Below are positions 1 to 10,564 of a DNA stretch of 64,000 nt, piece after piece (positions within the stretch are counted from its first letter, which is position 1; every line of letters begins with the position of its first letter). Both the position numbers and the translations under genes were made by a program. The notes beneath the pieces were generated by a model. That model did no database searches, was not told where the DNA came from, and saw nothing but the letters and a program-made list of their open reading frames with translations. The stretch is from Trichodelitschia bisporula (lineage: Eukaryota), in contig ML996701.1 of the NCBI GenBank assembly GCA_010356995.1, positions 550,963-614,962 of the forward strand. The letters are read 5' to 3'.

Positions 1-611
1 GACCAGCGCAAGGACGAGGCCATCGAGCGCACGTTCAAGCAGGTGTCGCGCGAGTTTGCGAACGTGTTCGAGAAGCTCGTCCCCGCGGGCAAGGGCCGGC
101 TCATCATCCAGCGGAAGTCAGACCGGGTCGCGCGCGAAAACCCGGAAAGCGGGGACGACGGGCGCGGCGCGGTGGAGAACTACACTGGTGTCGGGATTAG
201 CGTCAGCTTTAATAGCAAGCACGATGAGCAGCAGCGGATCGGGCAGCTGAGCGGTGGGCAGAAGAGTAAGCCCATTGATATCACGAGTGAGGTTATGCTA
301 AGGAGACAGGTCTGTGCGCCCTCGCGCTCGTCTTCGCCATCCAGCAGTGCGACCCCGCGCCCTTCTACCTCTTCGACGAAATCGACGCCAATCTCGACGC
401 GCAGTACCGCACGGCGGTCGCGCAGATGCTGCAGACGCTGTCTGAGACGTCGGAGGGCGGTGGCCAGTTCATCTGCACGACGTTCCGGCCGGAGATGGTG
501 TTGGTGGCGGAGAAGTGCTATGGCGTCACGTACACCAATAAGACGAGCAGTATCGACGTGGTGAATCGCGAGACGGCGCTTGAGTTCGTTGAGGGTGCGA
601 CGCGGTCGTAG
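1..611 (+). CDS. SMC3: Cohesin subunit SMC3 (SudA), 3' end; exons <1-265 and 310-611
   Basis: Removing a GTAAG..CAG intron at 266-309 gives the SMC C-terminal head ...[50 protein letters not shown]...[11 protein letters not shown]...EFVEGATRS*. It contains the signature motif and Walker B/D-loop and the SMC3-typical '[13 protein letters not shown]' and '[10 protein letters not shown]'. Confidence 0.95.
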
Positions 612-852
612 GGTCTGGGTGGGGCGTTGGGTGCGTTGCTTAAGGCGGGCGCGGGTGTGTGATACCAGGGTTTCGGGTAAGGGTTTGTAGCTGCATGGTT
701 TATGGTATGAGTGGTATGGTGCAATGCTAGATGAACTATCAACCGTGTGATGCTGCTGCTGAGGGGGATCCAATGCCCTTTCCTTGCCCAACGCCTCGCC
801 TACATAACCAAGATCAACGGAAATACTTCTACACGCTCGCTTAACATGCATC

Positions 853-2015
853 CTAGATTGAATTCCGCGCCGCATTTTGCCTTCCTCCCGCCACCACTGC
901 CACAAAATCCGCATCCCTCACCTCCCCATCCGCCACCGGTACCACCGGCACAACTGGCACCGCCTGGACCGGACCTCCAGCTCCAGCTGCAGCCCCAAGC
1001 GGAGGCTCAACCGCAACCGCCGCCGCGACGGGCGTAACATCAGACGTAGTCCTCTGAGGCGGCCTCTTCCCCGGCGCACTCTTCCTCCGAAAATACCCCA
1101 GTAGGCTCGGGACCTTAATCTTCGCCGGCGCATACGCGGCCCTCATCCCCTCACTCGGCGGATCCAGTGCGGCGGCCGCACTCGCCTTTCGCTTAATCTC
1201 CGCCTGGCGCTCCGCATAGCTATCCTTCCACTCCTGATCCAGGTACCGCAGGGCGGCGTCCGCCGCGGATGCGTAGTCTGGGTAGTCTTCGGCGCAGGCC
1301 TGTTTTATGAGGCGCAGTTTCGCCATGTCGGAGGACGCTTTGCGCCGCTCGAAGACGGGGTGCCAGGCGAGGGCTTTGATGTCGTGGGTTAGGGCGCGGT
1401 GGATGGCGGGGGAGGACCCGGTGAGGGTGATGAGGCTGTCGACTTGCGCTCGGATAAAGGAGAGGAAGGTGGGGAAGCGGGTTACGTCGGTTATGGCCCA
1501 GTGTACGGGGGTTACGTCGAGCCCGCGGTTCGTTTCCCAGCGCTGCGCGAGGAGGGCTTCGAGGCGTTCGCGGAAGGATTCAAGTCGGGCGGTGTCGAGG
1601 GAGGGGTAGAAGGCTGAAGAGAGCTTTTTGGGGGGTTTGAGGCCGTGGGTTTGGAGTTGGTGGGTGCGGTCAGTGGTTATTATGCTTTTGATTAGGGTGC
1701 GGAGGGTGGATTCGATGGTCTGGCGGGTGGGTGGGTTGTCTAGTCGCGGATCGCGGGTGCTGTCGGCGTGGGTGAGGTTGAGGGTGTCGGCCCAGGCGAG
1801 GAGGTGGGCTTGCTGGATGCCGAGTTTTACGAGGAGAACTTTTTGAGATGGGTCCCAGTCATTGCTGGGGTGGATTAGGTTGAAGCATTCCTGTCCCCGT
1901 GGCGGTTAGGCGCGGCGCGATGTGAGGCTGGAAGACTTACGACGCAGGTACTGAAGAGCTGGGCTAGACTGAGGATACCGCCTGGGGCATGTGAGGAGGA
2001 GGGGGATGAGGTCAT
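853..2015 (-). CDS. HeLo (prion-inhibition and propagation, HET-S N-terminal-like) domain protein, about 370 aa; exons 2015-1941 and 1890-853
   Basis: A 50-nt GTAAGT..CTAAC..CAG intron (1940-1891) joins MTSSPSSSHAPGGILSLAQLFSTCV to ECFNLIHPSNDWDPSQKVLLVKLGIQQAHLLAWAD..., which stays open into ORF 853-1326. It matches the HeLo N-terminal pattern 'LAxLFxxCVxCFxxI...LLxKLxIxxxRLLxW' and later 'WAITD..RF..F...I...VDSL'. Confidence 0.8.
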
Positions 2016-2492
2016 GATGGGCGGAGATGGGAGGGGAACAATGAGTGAGTGTGGGGTAAGATTGAGGACATAGGATGGAGCATAGGATGCTGAGTTCACA
2101 GGACGCAGCCTCGTTCAAGCGTGAGACAACACCATAGTCGACGGACAAAAGAGTCAACTGACGCGCAAAACGGCGGAAGCCTGCCGTCGGAGGCAAATAG
2201 CCTCCAGCTGTCACCTTTGTCGCATGCGGGGTTATTGATGAGGGGAAGCAAGCCACACCGGCCAAGGCATCTGGGATTGGATATTGACGTGTGGAAGCAC
2301 GGAAGCCTCAGGTAGAGTCTGTGGCACACATGAAAGGCGCTTGGCGATATGGTACTAGATGAAGGTGAAATTAGCAACTCTACAGCTACTCAAGATGTTT
2401 CTCTCACTGCTGTAAGCTGGAAAGGAGTTGGACGTTGAGTTTGAGTGACCCGACCCGCATCTATTTTTAGATGAGAGGGTCCCGGCACGTGC

Positions 2493-2530
2493 TTTCGCGC
2501 AACAAAGAACGCGTTGTCGCGTTGTCGCGT
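2493..2530. promoter_or_regulatory. Cluster of MCB/SCB-like cell-cycle boxes upstream of the pol eta gene
   Basis: TTTCGCG (reverse complement CGCGAAA) at 2493-2499, ACGCGT at 2509-2514 and TCGCGT at 2517-2522 and 2525-2530, about 100 bp upstream of the pol eta ATG. Confidence 0.5.
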
Positions 2531-2624
2531 CGCAACATCGAAATCTCCAGGACGGCTCTCACGGCATTCCTAATCGGTATGGATACTCAGCTGAAGCATG
2601 AGTAGCCACTAGGATCATATCGTC

Positions 2625-4643
2625 ATGTCCTCTTCCCAGCCGTTTGTGGCATCTTCGCCTATATCCGCGCACAGGTCGAAATTTACATGGAAACAACTTC
2701 ACCAGCTCTCGCAGTCCAGTCCAAACTGCCCACTCCGTACGGTCTCGCATTGCGATCTTGATGCCTTCTATGCTGTGAGTAAGGTGGTTTCCGGACGGCT
2801 GCAGGGCTGATATCTCTAGCAATGCGAAGGTGTTCGGCTCGGCATTGCGCCAGATCAGCCGCTTGCAGTCCAGCAGTGGCAGTCCCTGATCGCCGTTAAC
2901 TATCCCGCCCGCCCATTCGGGGTTGGCAGACACATCACGGCTGCCGAGGCCAAAAAGCTCTGTCCAGAGCTCATCTGTCAACATGTTGCGACGTGGAAAG
3001 AAGGCGAGGTGCGCTGGGCGTATCACGAAGACGCATTCAAGCAGATCGCCACGCACAAAGTCTCGCTGGATCCGTATCGAACAGAGAGCAAGAAGATCTT
3101 TGCTGTGATCAAAGAACAGCTTCCGCCTTCACTGCAGAGAGTCGAAAAGGCTGGGATAGACGAGTTCTTCGTGGATCTGTCCGCCCAGGTTCACTCCATC
3201 CTGCTCGAACGATTCCCGGAACTTGCGGCAGGACCAGCGAGTAGTGATATCACGGATCTCTTACCCCCGCTGCCGACGACAGCACTCGACTGGAGCGCGG
3301 ATCATCTGGTCGATCTGGACGAGAACGAAACGGAGGAGGATAACCCGGATTGGGACGACGTTGCTATGTTGATCGGCTCTGAGATCATGAGAGGCGTCCG
3401 AGCGGCCGTGTTTGAGAAGCTAAAGTACACCTGTTCCGCCGGCATAGCCAAAAACAAAATGCTCGCAAAACTCGGCTCTGGGTATAAAAAGCCCAACCAA
3501 CAGACCGTCGTCCGCAACCGCGCGGTCCAGCATTTCCTCAATACCTTCAAGTTTACCAAGATTCGTAATCTCGGAGGCAAGCTGGGCGATGAGGTTGTGG
3601 CGATGTTCAATACCGACACGGTGAAGGATCTTCTCGAGGTCCCCTTGGAGCAGCTGAAGAAACTGGGAGACGATACGGGCATTTGGCTGCATCGGCTCGT
3701 ACGCGGTGACGAACACAGCGAGGTCAATCCTCGCACGCAGATCAAAAGCATGGGCTCTAACAAGGCCTTTCGTCCCGCAATCAACAACTTTGAGCAAGGA
3801 GTCCGCTGGCTGCGCATCTTTGCCGCCGATATCTTCAGTCGCTGTGTGGAAGAAGGTGTTCTGGAGAACATACGCAAACCAAAGACGGTCACTGTGCACC
3901 ATCGCCAAGGCAACCAGAGCAAGTCTAAGGGCTGTCCGATTCCACAGGCCAAAACCCTGAGCGAGGAGCTCTTGTTCGATCTTGCGAAAAACTTACTTGC
4001 CCAAGTCGCTGCCGAGGGTAAAGCGTGGCCATGCATTAATCTCGGCCTTAACGTGAGTGGGTTTGAGGACGGGGTTACGGGCAACATGGGCATCGATGGC
4101 TTTCTTGTGCGCGGAGAAGCGAAGGCGGCGCGCTTGGCTTCAAGTAGCGGGATCCAGGATGCTTCTCCGGAGTCCGAACCGTCTGTCAAGAAGCGAAGAA
4201 CGACCTTGGGAATCCAGAGATTCTTTGCACCTCGTGAAGACAGCAAAGACTCGGAGCAAGGCAGCAAAGCTTCTGAGCCGGAGAGCATCGATCACAGTCC
4301 CGAAGATGCAATTCATTCCGCTCCCGAACTACCACCTCACGTTCTCCCACCTTCTGCACAAGGTGCCGCGCATCTTTTTCAGCCAACAATCGATTCCTAT
4401 TTTTGCCGCCGTTGCAACAAGCACATGCCAAAAGAAGATGAGATCGAACACAATGACTGGCATTTTGCTAGCGATCTTTCTAATGAGTTCCGCGAAGAAG
4501 CTCGCACCCGGCCTAGCACTCCGGCACAGCGTCCAGCCCCTAAGAAAGCACTTGCCAAGGGCCGTCGGCCCACAGGCTCTTCTGCGAGCGGCTCGAAGAA
4601 CAACGATAAAGGCCAGAAAAAGCTGGCGTTTGGGAAGAGCTGA
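2625..4643 (+). CDS. RAD30: Y-family translesion DNA polymerase eta; exons 2625-2774 and 2820-4643
   Basis: A GTGAGT..TAG intron at 2775-2819 gives HCDLDAFYA|QCEGVRLG...AVQQW..LIAVNYPAR. Further motifs: KVSLDPYR, EKAGIDEFFVD, YTCSAGIAKNKMLAKLGSGYKKPNQQT, IRNLGGKLG, and a C-terminal UBZ finger CRRC...EHNDWHFA. Confidence 0.95.
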
Positions 4644-5221
4644 CTTCAATCAACGTAGAGGTATCGGATGAGGGAGAGCTCAGTTCGTTTTGAACTCTTC
4701 CGCTTACTTCTGGCGGATCCACGTCGCGACAGCCGGCTTCCTTGCGCTTAGACGGCCAGCTGCAGGAAGGTTAGAACTAGTCGATTCATCCTGACGACAA
4801 TCGGCCAAACCATAACCACCTCGCGCTGGCTCGGTAGACTTACGAAAGTTTTCGGGCGAACCCGACACTCTTCTCTGAAACTGACCTCCAGCTCATCTGC
4901 ATGCATTTGTGGTCAGACTGAAAATCTCAAGGTAGATCATCCATGTCCTCTTACCACACTACTGGCACACTTGAGCGTACCGCCGAGCATTGTGGAGTAA
5001 AGTAATTCAGCAACAAAGTGTGCATGGAAAGAATCAAGAAGCGTACTTGGAGAATCATGAAGCGCACTTGGGGAGAACCTCGAAGAAATTAGACGTTGCG
5101 GACTTGACCCCTGTGGAACACGCCCGGGAGTCTTACGGACGGGATGGCGGTCATATCTGCTCTGGATGAAATTGCACTCATCACGACGCCAGTGCTCAGG
5201 AAGCGCAAGAGCGGTGGCAAG

Positions 5222-5551
5222 AGTGACAACAAAGCCGAAGCCCCAAGAAGACTTGCAGGCGGCCGAAGGGAAAATGGAGGCCGAACTTGAAGGGCGGAGG
5301 AGCAAGATTCGAAGAGCGGCGCCAAAGGCGAGCAAGCCCCAAACGAGGCTGCTCAAAAGGACGATATCGTCAAAGCGAGCGAAGTGACAACCAAAGTCGG
5401 AACCCAGCAAAAGATCGTGGGAGGCCGAAGGGAAAATGGAGCCCGAAGTCGCAGGCGGAGGACCAATAGTCGAAGCGCGGTGTGAAAGGCGAGCAGCGAG
5501 CAGGCCGCAAATGGGGCTGCTCAAGAGGGTAATACCGCCAAAGCGAGCGAA
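5222..5551. repeat. Two degenerate tandem copies of a ~161-bp unit
   Basis: AGTGACAAC..GGCCGAAGGGAAAATGGAG..GGCGGAGGA..AAAGGCGAGCA..GGCTGCTCAA..CAAAGCGAGCGAA occurs from 5222 and again from 5383. Confidence 0.8.
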
Positions 5552-7474
5552 ATAGGCGATGTCCGACAGCGAGGCGCCTGTACAGGAGAGAGTACGCTGG
5601 ATCTGGGGGCCGCTTGGGCCGACACTTCGCCCGACACTCCGATACCGCTTATTTTAGTCTCGAGTCATCGCATTGTTCCCCGATTTGCAGCACGATACTG
5701 CGCGTCAAAATGCCGGGCGTGTTAAAAATGCCAGGTGATGCGAGATGCCTTAAAGATACGGGCCTCTGTTCGCGGTGAATGGATGCCCAAAATGCATGAA
5801 AACTTTCCGAGGTGATGCCCGATCAATGATGGGAAAGTGATGAGATGGCGGGGCTGCAGATCTCGCAAGCGTTGTCTGTCACCCCGCATGAAGTTTTGGT
5901 CACGAGATGAAGCTCTTCATCCAGGTTGCCTCGTTAAAACCGTCGCTGGCCGCACCAATGGCCTCGTCGGACACCCGCCTTGCCAACACTTCTGTACGAC
6001 CTTCCAAGGGCCTCCGCCTTACTCTACACACTGTTGAAGGCGTCAAATTTAGGTCGTACTTCGAAATAACTGCTGTAATGGTTGGCTCCCTTTAAACAAC
6101 TTGTCTGCCATCCTCTTACTGCAATTATTAGTTCCCGTTAAAGTTTTTGTCGGCAATCCTCTTACGCTTCCGCGCGCCGACGTCATTTTGAGGCCAGTGA
6201 GGGCCAGACTTTTGTTTAGTGCCGCCTTCACCATTACGGTAAGCATTGGTTGCTTAACGCGCGAAGAGAAGTCACTCGCGCTTTATTAAGCGATAGGCGC
6301 GAAGGTACGAGGCCGGAAGGTCGCCCAAGCTCTCGCAATAATTGGGCTTCCGATGGCGGCGACAAGCTTTCTTCAGCCTTGTAATCCGACCCTAGCCAGC
6401 CCTGCACTCCGCTCAGACCGGCACAACCCGTTAATAAACAAACCTTACTCCATTGAGCATCAGGAAGCTTCCGCGTGCCAAACATATCGGCCCAAGACTG
6501 GGCGCGGGGTGTTTTTGCCACGGCAAGGTCCAATCTCATTTATCGACATACCGGATTGCGTGGGGATACTGGTAGTTTGCCGTTCCCAAACCAGTGTGTT
6601 TTCCAGCCCTGTATGGCCGGATCTCACTCCATCTGTTTCCCAGCTCTAGTGTGACATCCCTGCGCCGCGTGGCCTTCCGCTAACCCGGTGCCCGTCCCCC
6701 GCCTTCTGGAAGGCGGGAAGCAAGCTCCGATCTGCGTCACTCTCTCAGAATAAGGGGCTCTGCGCTCGGATCTAGGGTCCCAATTAAGCGTGAGAGTAAC
6801 CAGCCCTATGTGTAACTGAGAGACGACCCTTCCTGCGGCCCCTCCTGCCCTCCGCTATTAACACTTGCATCGTGACTGTATACTTGACCGGCATACGTCC
6901 GCGTGATACCTCCCCACCGCGTGGTCCTGTGCTTTCACGATGGCTCCTTGCTAATCTAGTCTCTTGTGTGGTACTTTGCTCTCCACTGTCGCCGGCGGCG
7001 CCCGGCGAGACACATTTTGCTTAGCTTCCTGATGTCCGGACCTCTTATCGATGTGTTGAGTTTTGTACCGCCTTGGGCACCACGGGCAAGAATGACACCA
7101 TCGTGTAAATGGTATCATCGCCTAAATTGCACTACCGCGATTTTTGCCTCGGTGGAGTGTTTTGGGCTCCGTGGGGGCCGTCCTCCTCATGCCCCGTTAC
7201 TCGTATGCCATGTTAGGGTGGAGGAGAGAATTGGGTCCAAACTCGACGATGGATGCCTCTTTCGCCAGCTATAAGAAGTTGCATAGCCTCCACAAAGAGA
7301 ATGATATCTCGTCAACAGCAACAGCCAGCAAGCTCCTCAAGCCTAGTCCTACCATTCGAGCCTCCGCTACGAAATCTTTTTGATCAAATTGTCCAACATA
7401 TCAGAAGCTCGGACCCCCTGTATGTCTATCACTGCGACAGCTGTCTCATGTCTAATACTCTTTTAGCAAGCGCA

Positions 7475-7624
7475 ATGGCCTGGCAGGAGACCTCGATACA
7501 TAACAACAACTTTGATGATCTTTGGTACTGCTGCGGTTGCGGTGATATGTACAACGCCAATACCACCACACACTGCATGAATCCGGACTGCGGGCATGGT
7601 GTGCGCTGCTGCAACTGTAATTAA
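7475..7624 (+). CDS. Putative 49-aa Cys/His-rich microprotein (zinc-binding-like) with a 5'-UTR intron at 7420-7466
   Basis: TATAAG at about 7270, then a canonical GTATGT..TCTAAT..TTTTAG intron (47 nt), then GCAATGG. Product MAWQETSIHNNNFDDLWYCCGCGDMYNANTTTHCMNPDCGHGVRCCNCN* carries the W-x-CC-x-C...C-x4-C-x-H-x2-R-C-x2-C pattern seen in small fungal proteins. Confidence 0.6.
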   Translation: MAWQETSIHNNNFDDLWYCCGCGDMYNANTTTHCMNPDCGHGVRCCNCN

Positions 7625-8121
7625 CGACGTTGAACTGGTCAAGAAGTCCACTTCATGTGACGGAGCTTGGACTTCACCCGCCTCGCAATGACGGGGCAAG
7701 GTTTCCTTTAGGCTGTTCAACACAGCCACTGTTCGGGCTCGCTCGCTTCTAACGCAAGGCTCTTGGTATCTCTAAGTATCTCGAGCCTTGCTTACCAGTC
7801 CCGACTTCGTTCAGCGTTGAGGGTGTTCGTTTGGATGGGCTACTAGATATTCGAGGCAACTCCGTCAAGTTTCTCTTCTGGTACATACCTTGGCCGCGTT
7901 CTTTTGTCTGATAGATCTCCTGATTCATCTGTTTTGATTTTTGGTGGATCGATTGTGTTTTCAGAGGCCCAACCCTCTTTCTCTGTTGTGTTATGTTATA
8001 GAATGAAGTTGTTGATCCTTCCCCAACGTCATATCCACGTGAATCCTAGCCCTTTCCAGCCCTACAGCCTTGCCAAGAGATCGGCATCGGAGTGCCACAG
8101 CCGCCGCACAGGCCGCACTCT

Positions 8122-8754
8122 CCAAGGGCTAGGTAAAAAAGTCGTGTCACCTCACTGGTGGCTGTTGTTAGAGGCCACCGACGAAAACTTGCCACGACTT
8201 TTTCACCTAGCCCTTGCACCCTTGACGTGCCGACCCTGCGGCTATTAAACCGGCCGAACCCCCTGCCTTCCCCATAAATTGTACCGGGGAAGTACCGTAT
8301 AACTCGCACATTTGGAACGACACTTCAGCGGCTTGCTGCGAGAGCTCGTAGCCACTACTTGTATCTGTGCGAGCATACCGCATCCGACAACCCGCAGACC
8401 AAGATGTTTGGAGCTTGACGTCACTGCAGCAAAGATGCCGCTTACAGAGAAAGCCTAGCTCCAGACCACAGGCCATCGATGTGGCATCCAAGGCAGCGAG
8501 CAAGGGATTCGGCCATCGGAACAAGTACTCATCGAAAAAGTCATGCCACCCCGACGACTACACCTCTGCCAAACTTCCGTGGGGGGAAGGTATGACTTTT
8601 TCTGGTAGCCCTTGCACCCGGACACCATCCCGAGCTCGCCCAAGTATCCCCCGCTGGACCTAGGGCTTATCAATAAAGTCGTGTCGCGCATTCGTCGGGC
8701 GCCTCTAACAACTGCCGCGAGGGAGGTAACATGACTTTTTTGGGGAGCCCTTGG
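8122..8754. mobile_element. Degenerate foldback/MITE-like element made of three self-inverted ~94-bp cassettes
   Basis: Cassettes at 8123-8216, 8522-8614 and 8660-8754, each bounded by inverted half-sites resembling CAAGGGCT-N4-AAAAAGTCRTG. Cassette 1 is the reverse complement of cassette 3, including the spacer. No TSD or transposase seen. Confidence 0.55.
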
Positions 8755-9824
8755 AACGTTGCCGCTGTGACGATGATGGGCCCAGTGGAACGGGCGTGGG
8801 GCGAGGGTGAGACGCCTCGAGCCTCGAGCGCTGAGACGAGCTCTGAGAGAGGCGCATCGGTTCCCCGTGCAGATGTTAAATGTGGTTGTTCTAGCGACAG
8901 GTCTCGTTGCGACTGGGGATTGCACCTCAAGTGGTACCTTTCCGAATGCTGGTCCGTGCTTACCGTAACCTTAATATCTGCTGAAGCTTGACCACGGTGG
9001 GCTTGACGCTTCATTAACGCATGAAAACATCTCAAATTGGCTTACGCATCAGGATGAAAGCCAAAATAGTTGATATAGCAAAGAGCTTGTGGTGTGCAAC
9101 GCACACAGAGATGAGGTGAGTGGTCCGAGGGCCCGCGCTGGTGACTGACGTCAATGAAACAAGCGAAAAGAACATGTGAAACCAAGGATTCTCTGGCTGA
9201 CATGCAAGAGGGAAGCTGAGATACAATGTCACCAAACCAATATGATCTTCCAACTCCTATCACCGGTCATGTCATTCTCATGGTCATCCTCGCAGCCGTA
9301 CTTTTCCGCGCGACCCCCAGTATTCTTCCTAGGAGTGGCGCACTGAATGTCACGGAGAGCACGTTCAGTGTTTCGGAGCTATGATTGTAAAAACACTGTC
9401 GGTTTGTATGTGGTTGGCGTCACCAGGAACTGTTGCTAAGCGTACTGAATCAAACTCTGCAAAGTGGATCAATTGCCCTGACGAAAATGACCGGATTCCC
9501 CCGTACAAATATAAGCGCCAAGAAATAAGCACACGACGGGTTCCTTCTCATCATGAATGACCGCTGCTTCCTCCCGTAAAGTACTCCTTCCGTATGACCG
9601 CCCACTCCTGCCGCCTCCAGATTGGATCTCACAGCAACACTTGGTGAGACGACTCTCTTCGCGATCCAGAACCGATCGGTGATTGCGCCCATTGACGATA
9701 GCTTCGACCTCGTGCTCCTCTCGCCGCCGTCGACTCCATCCTGACTGGCTTTCCATCTTGTGCGCAAACGGCACCCGAACTTTCCGGCTTGAGACTGCGC
9801 GTCTTCACGTGTCCATCATTAGTC

Positions 9825-10114
9825 TGTTTAAGGCGTCATGCAACTGAATGCTACGAACCTCGAACCGTACGAAAGCTCTGGACTGAAATGGAGTGCCCAG
9901 GGAGAGGAGAAGAGGGTGAGAGGAAGAGGGCCTAAGTCCCCGATCTCTCCCAGGCTCAGGGCATGAGTCCTAGGTGGCGATCCGTGCCTGGCAGGGGCTT
10001 CCCCCCCACGTGGAGGAGGCTCCATGCCAGACCCGGGACACTAGAACTAAACCCCATGTTAGCTCGGGTCCGTGTGATAGGAATTGGCTAACCAGGTCCG
10101 AGGAGCCGTAAGCA
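9825..10114. mobile_element. Candidate solo LTR (290 bp)
   Basis: Starts TGTTTAAGG and ends CCGTAAGCA (TG..CA, 7/9 inverted match); non-coding. No TSD recognisable. Confidence 0.25.
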
Positions 10115-10432
10115 CCGATGGGCGCATCTCTAGCCGACACCGCTGAAGACTGGCGGTAGGAAACGGCGGTTGTGGTGCGTGGCGGGCATAGAGTTTGTCG
10201 GAGAGTAGGGGGGGGAGTAGAGTGGAGAGGGACTTGCCCGGACTTTTGATGGCGGTGGCATATGACGACCTCGCCACATCATTGCGCGATCAACAGTGGC
10301 GTCGGCAAGCAGAAGCCGACTGTGGCTCTTGATTTGTAATAAGTAGCAAAAGGGAACAGGCTGGAAGATTCCAAAGGTCAATCACTTGGATATACAAACA
10401 CAGTCTCTCTCGTAGCTAGAAAATCAATCAAG

Positions 10433-10564
10433 TCAATCCTTTCTCACACAAGTCTCTTGGATACCTTCCGCCAACAACTTTTGGCCCATAGGCCCCCAAG
10501 GCCGCTGAGGGTAGTGGTACGCGACCTCCTCAGCGGCCTTGGGCTTGCTGCAATAGCAGCCCAT
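10433..10564 (-). CDS. Small MGC-start ORF, copy A (43 aa), paralog of 14275-14781
   Basis: MGCYCSKPKAAEEVAYHYPQRPWGPMGQKLLAEGIQETCVRKD*. The N-terminus aligns with copies B and C. Confidence 0.35.
   Translation of the reverse strand: MGCYCSKPKAAEEVAYHYPQRPWGPMGQKLLAEGIQETCVRKD

Noticed and set aside
6650..6960. Possible solo LTR starting TGTGACATCC (similar 5' string near 11263)
   Set aside because: No matching ...CA terminus or convincing TSD, and the similarity is only about 14 bp.
9690..9725. EEHEVEAIV on the - strand as a gypsy chromodomain
   Set aside because: The downstream chromodomain core (YLVKWxG...WEP) is absent.
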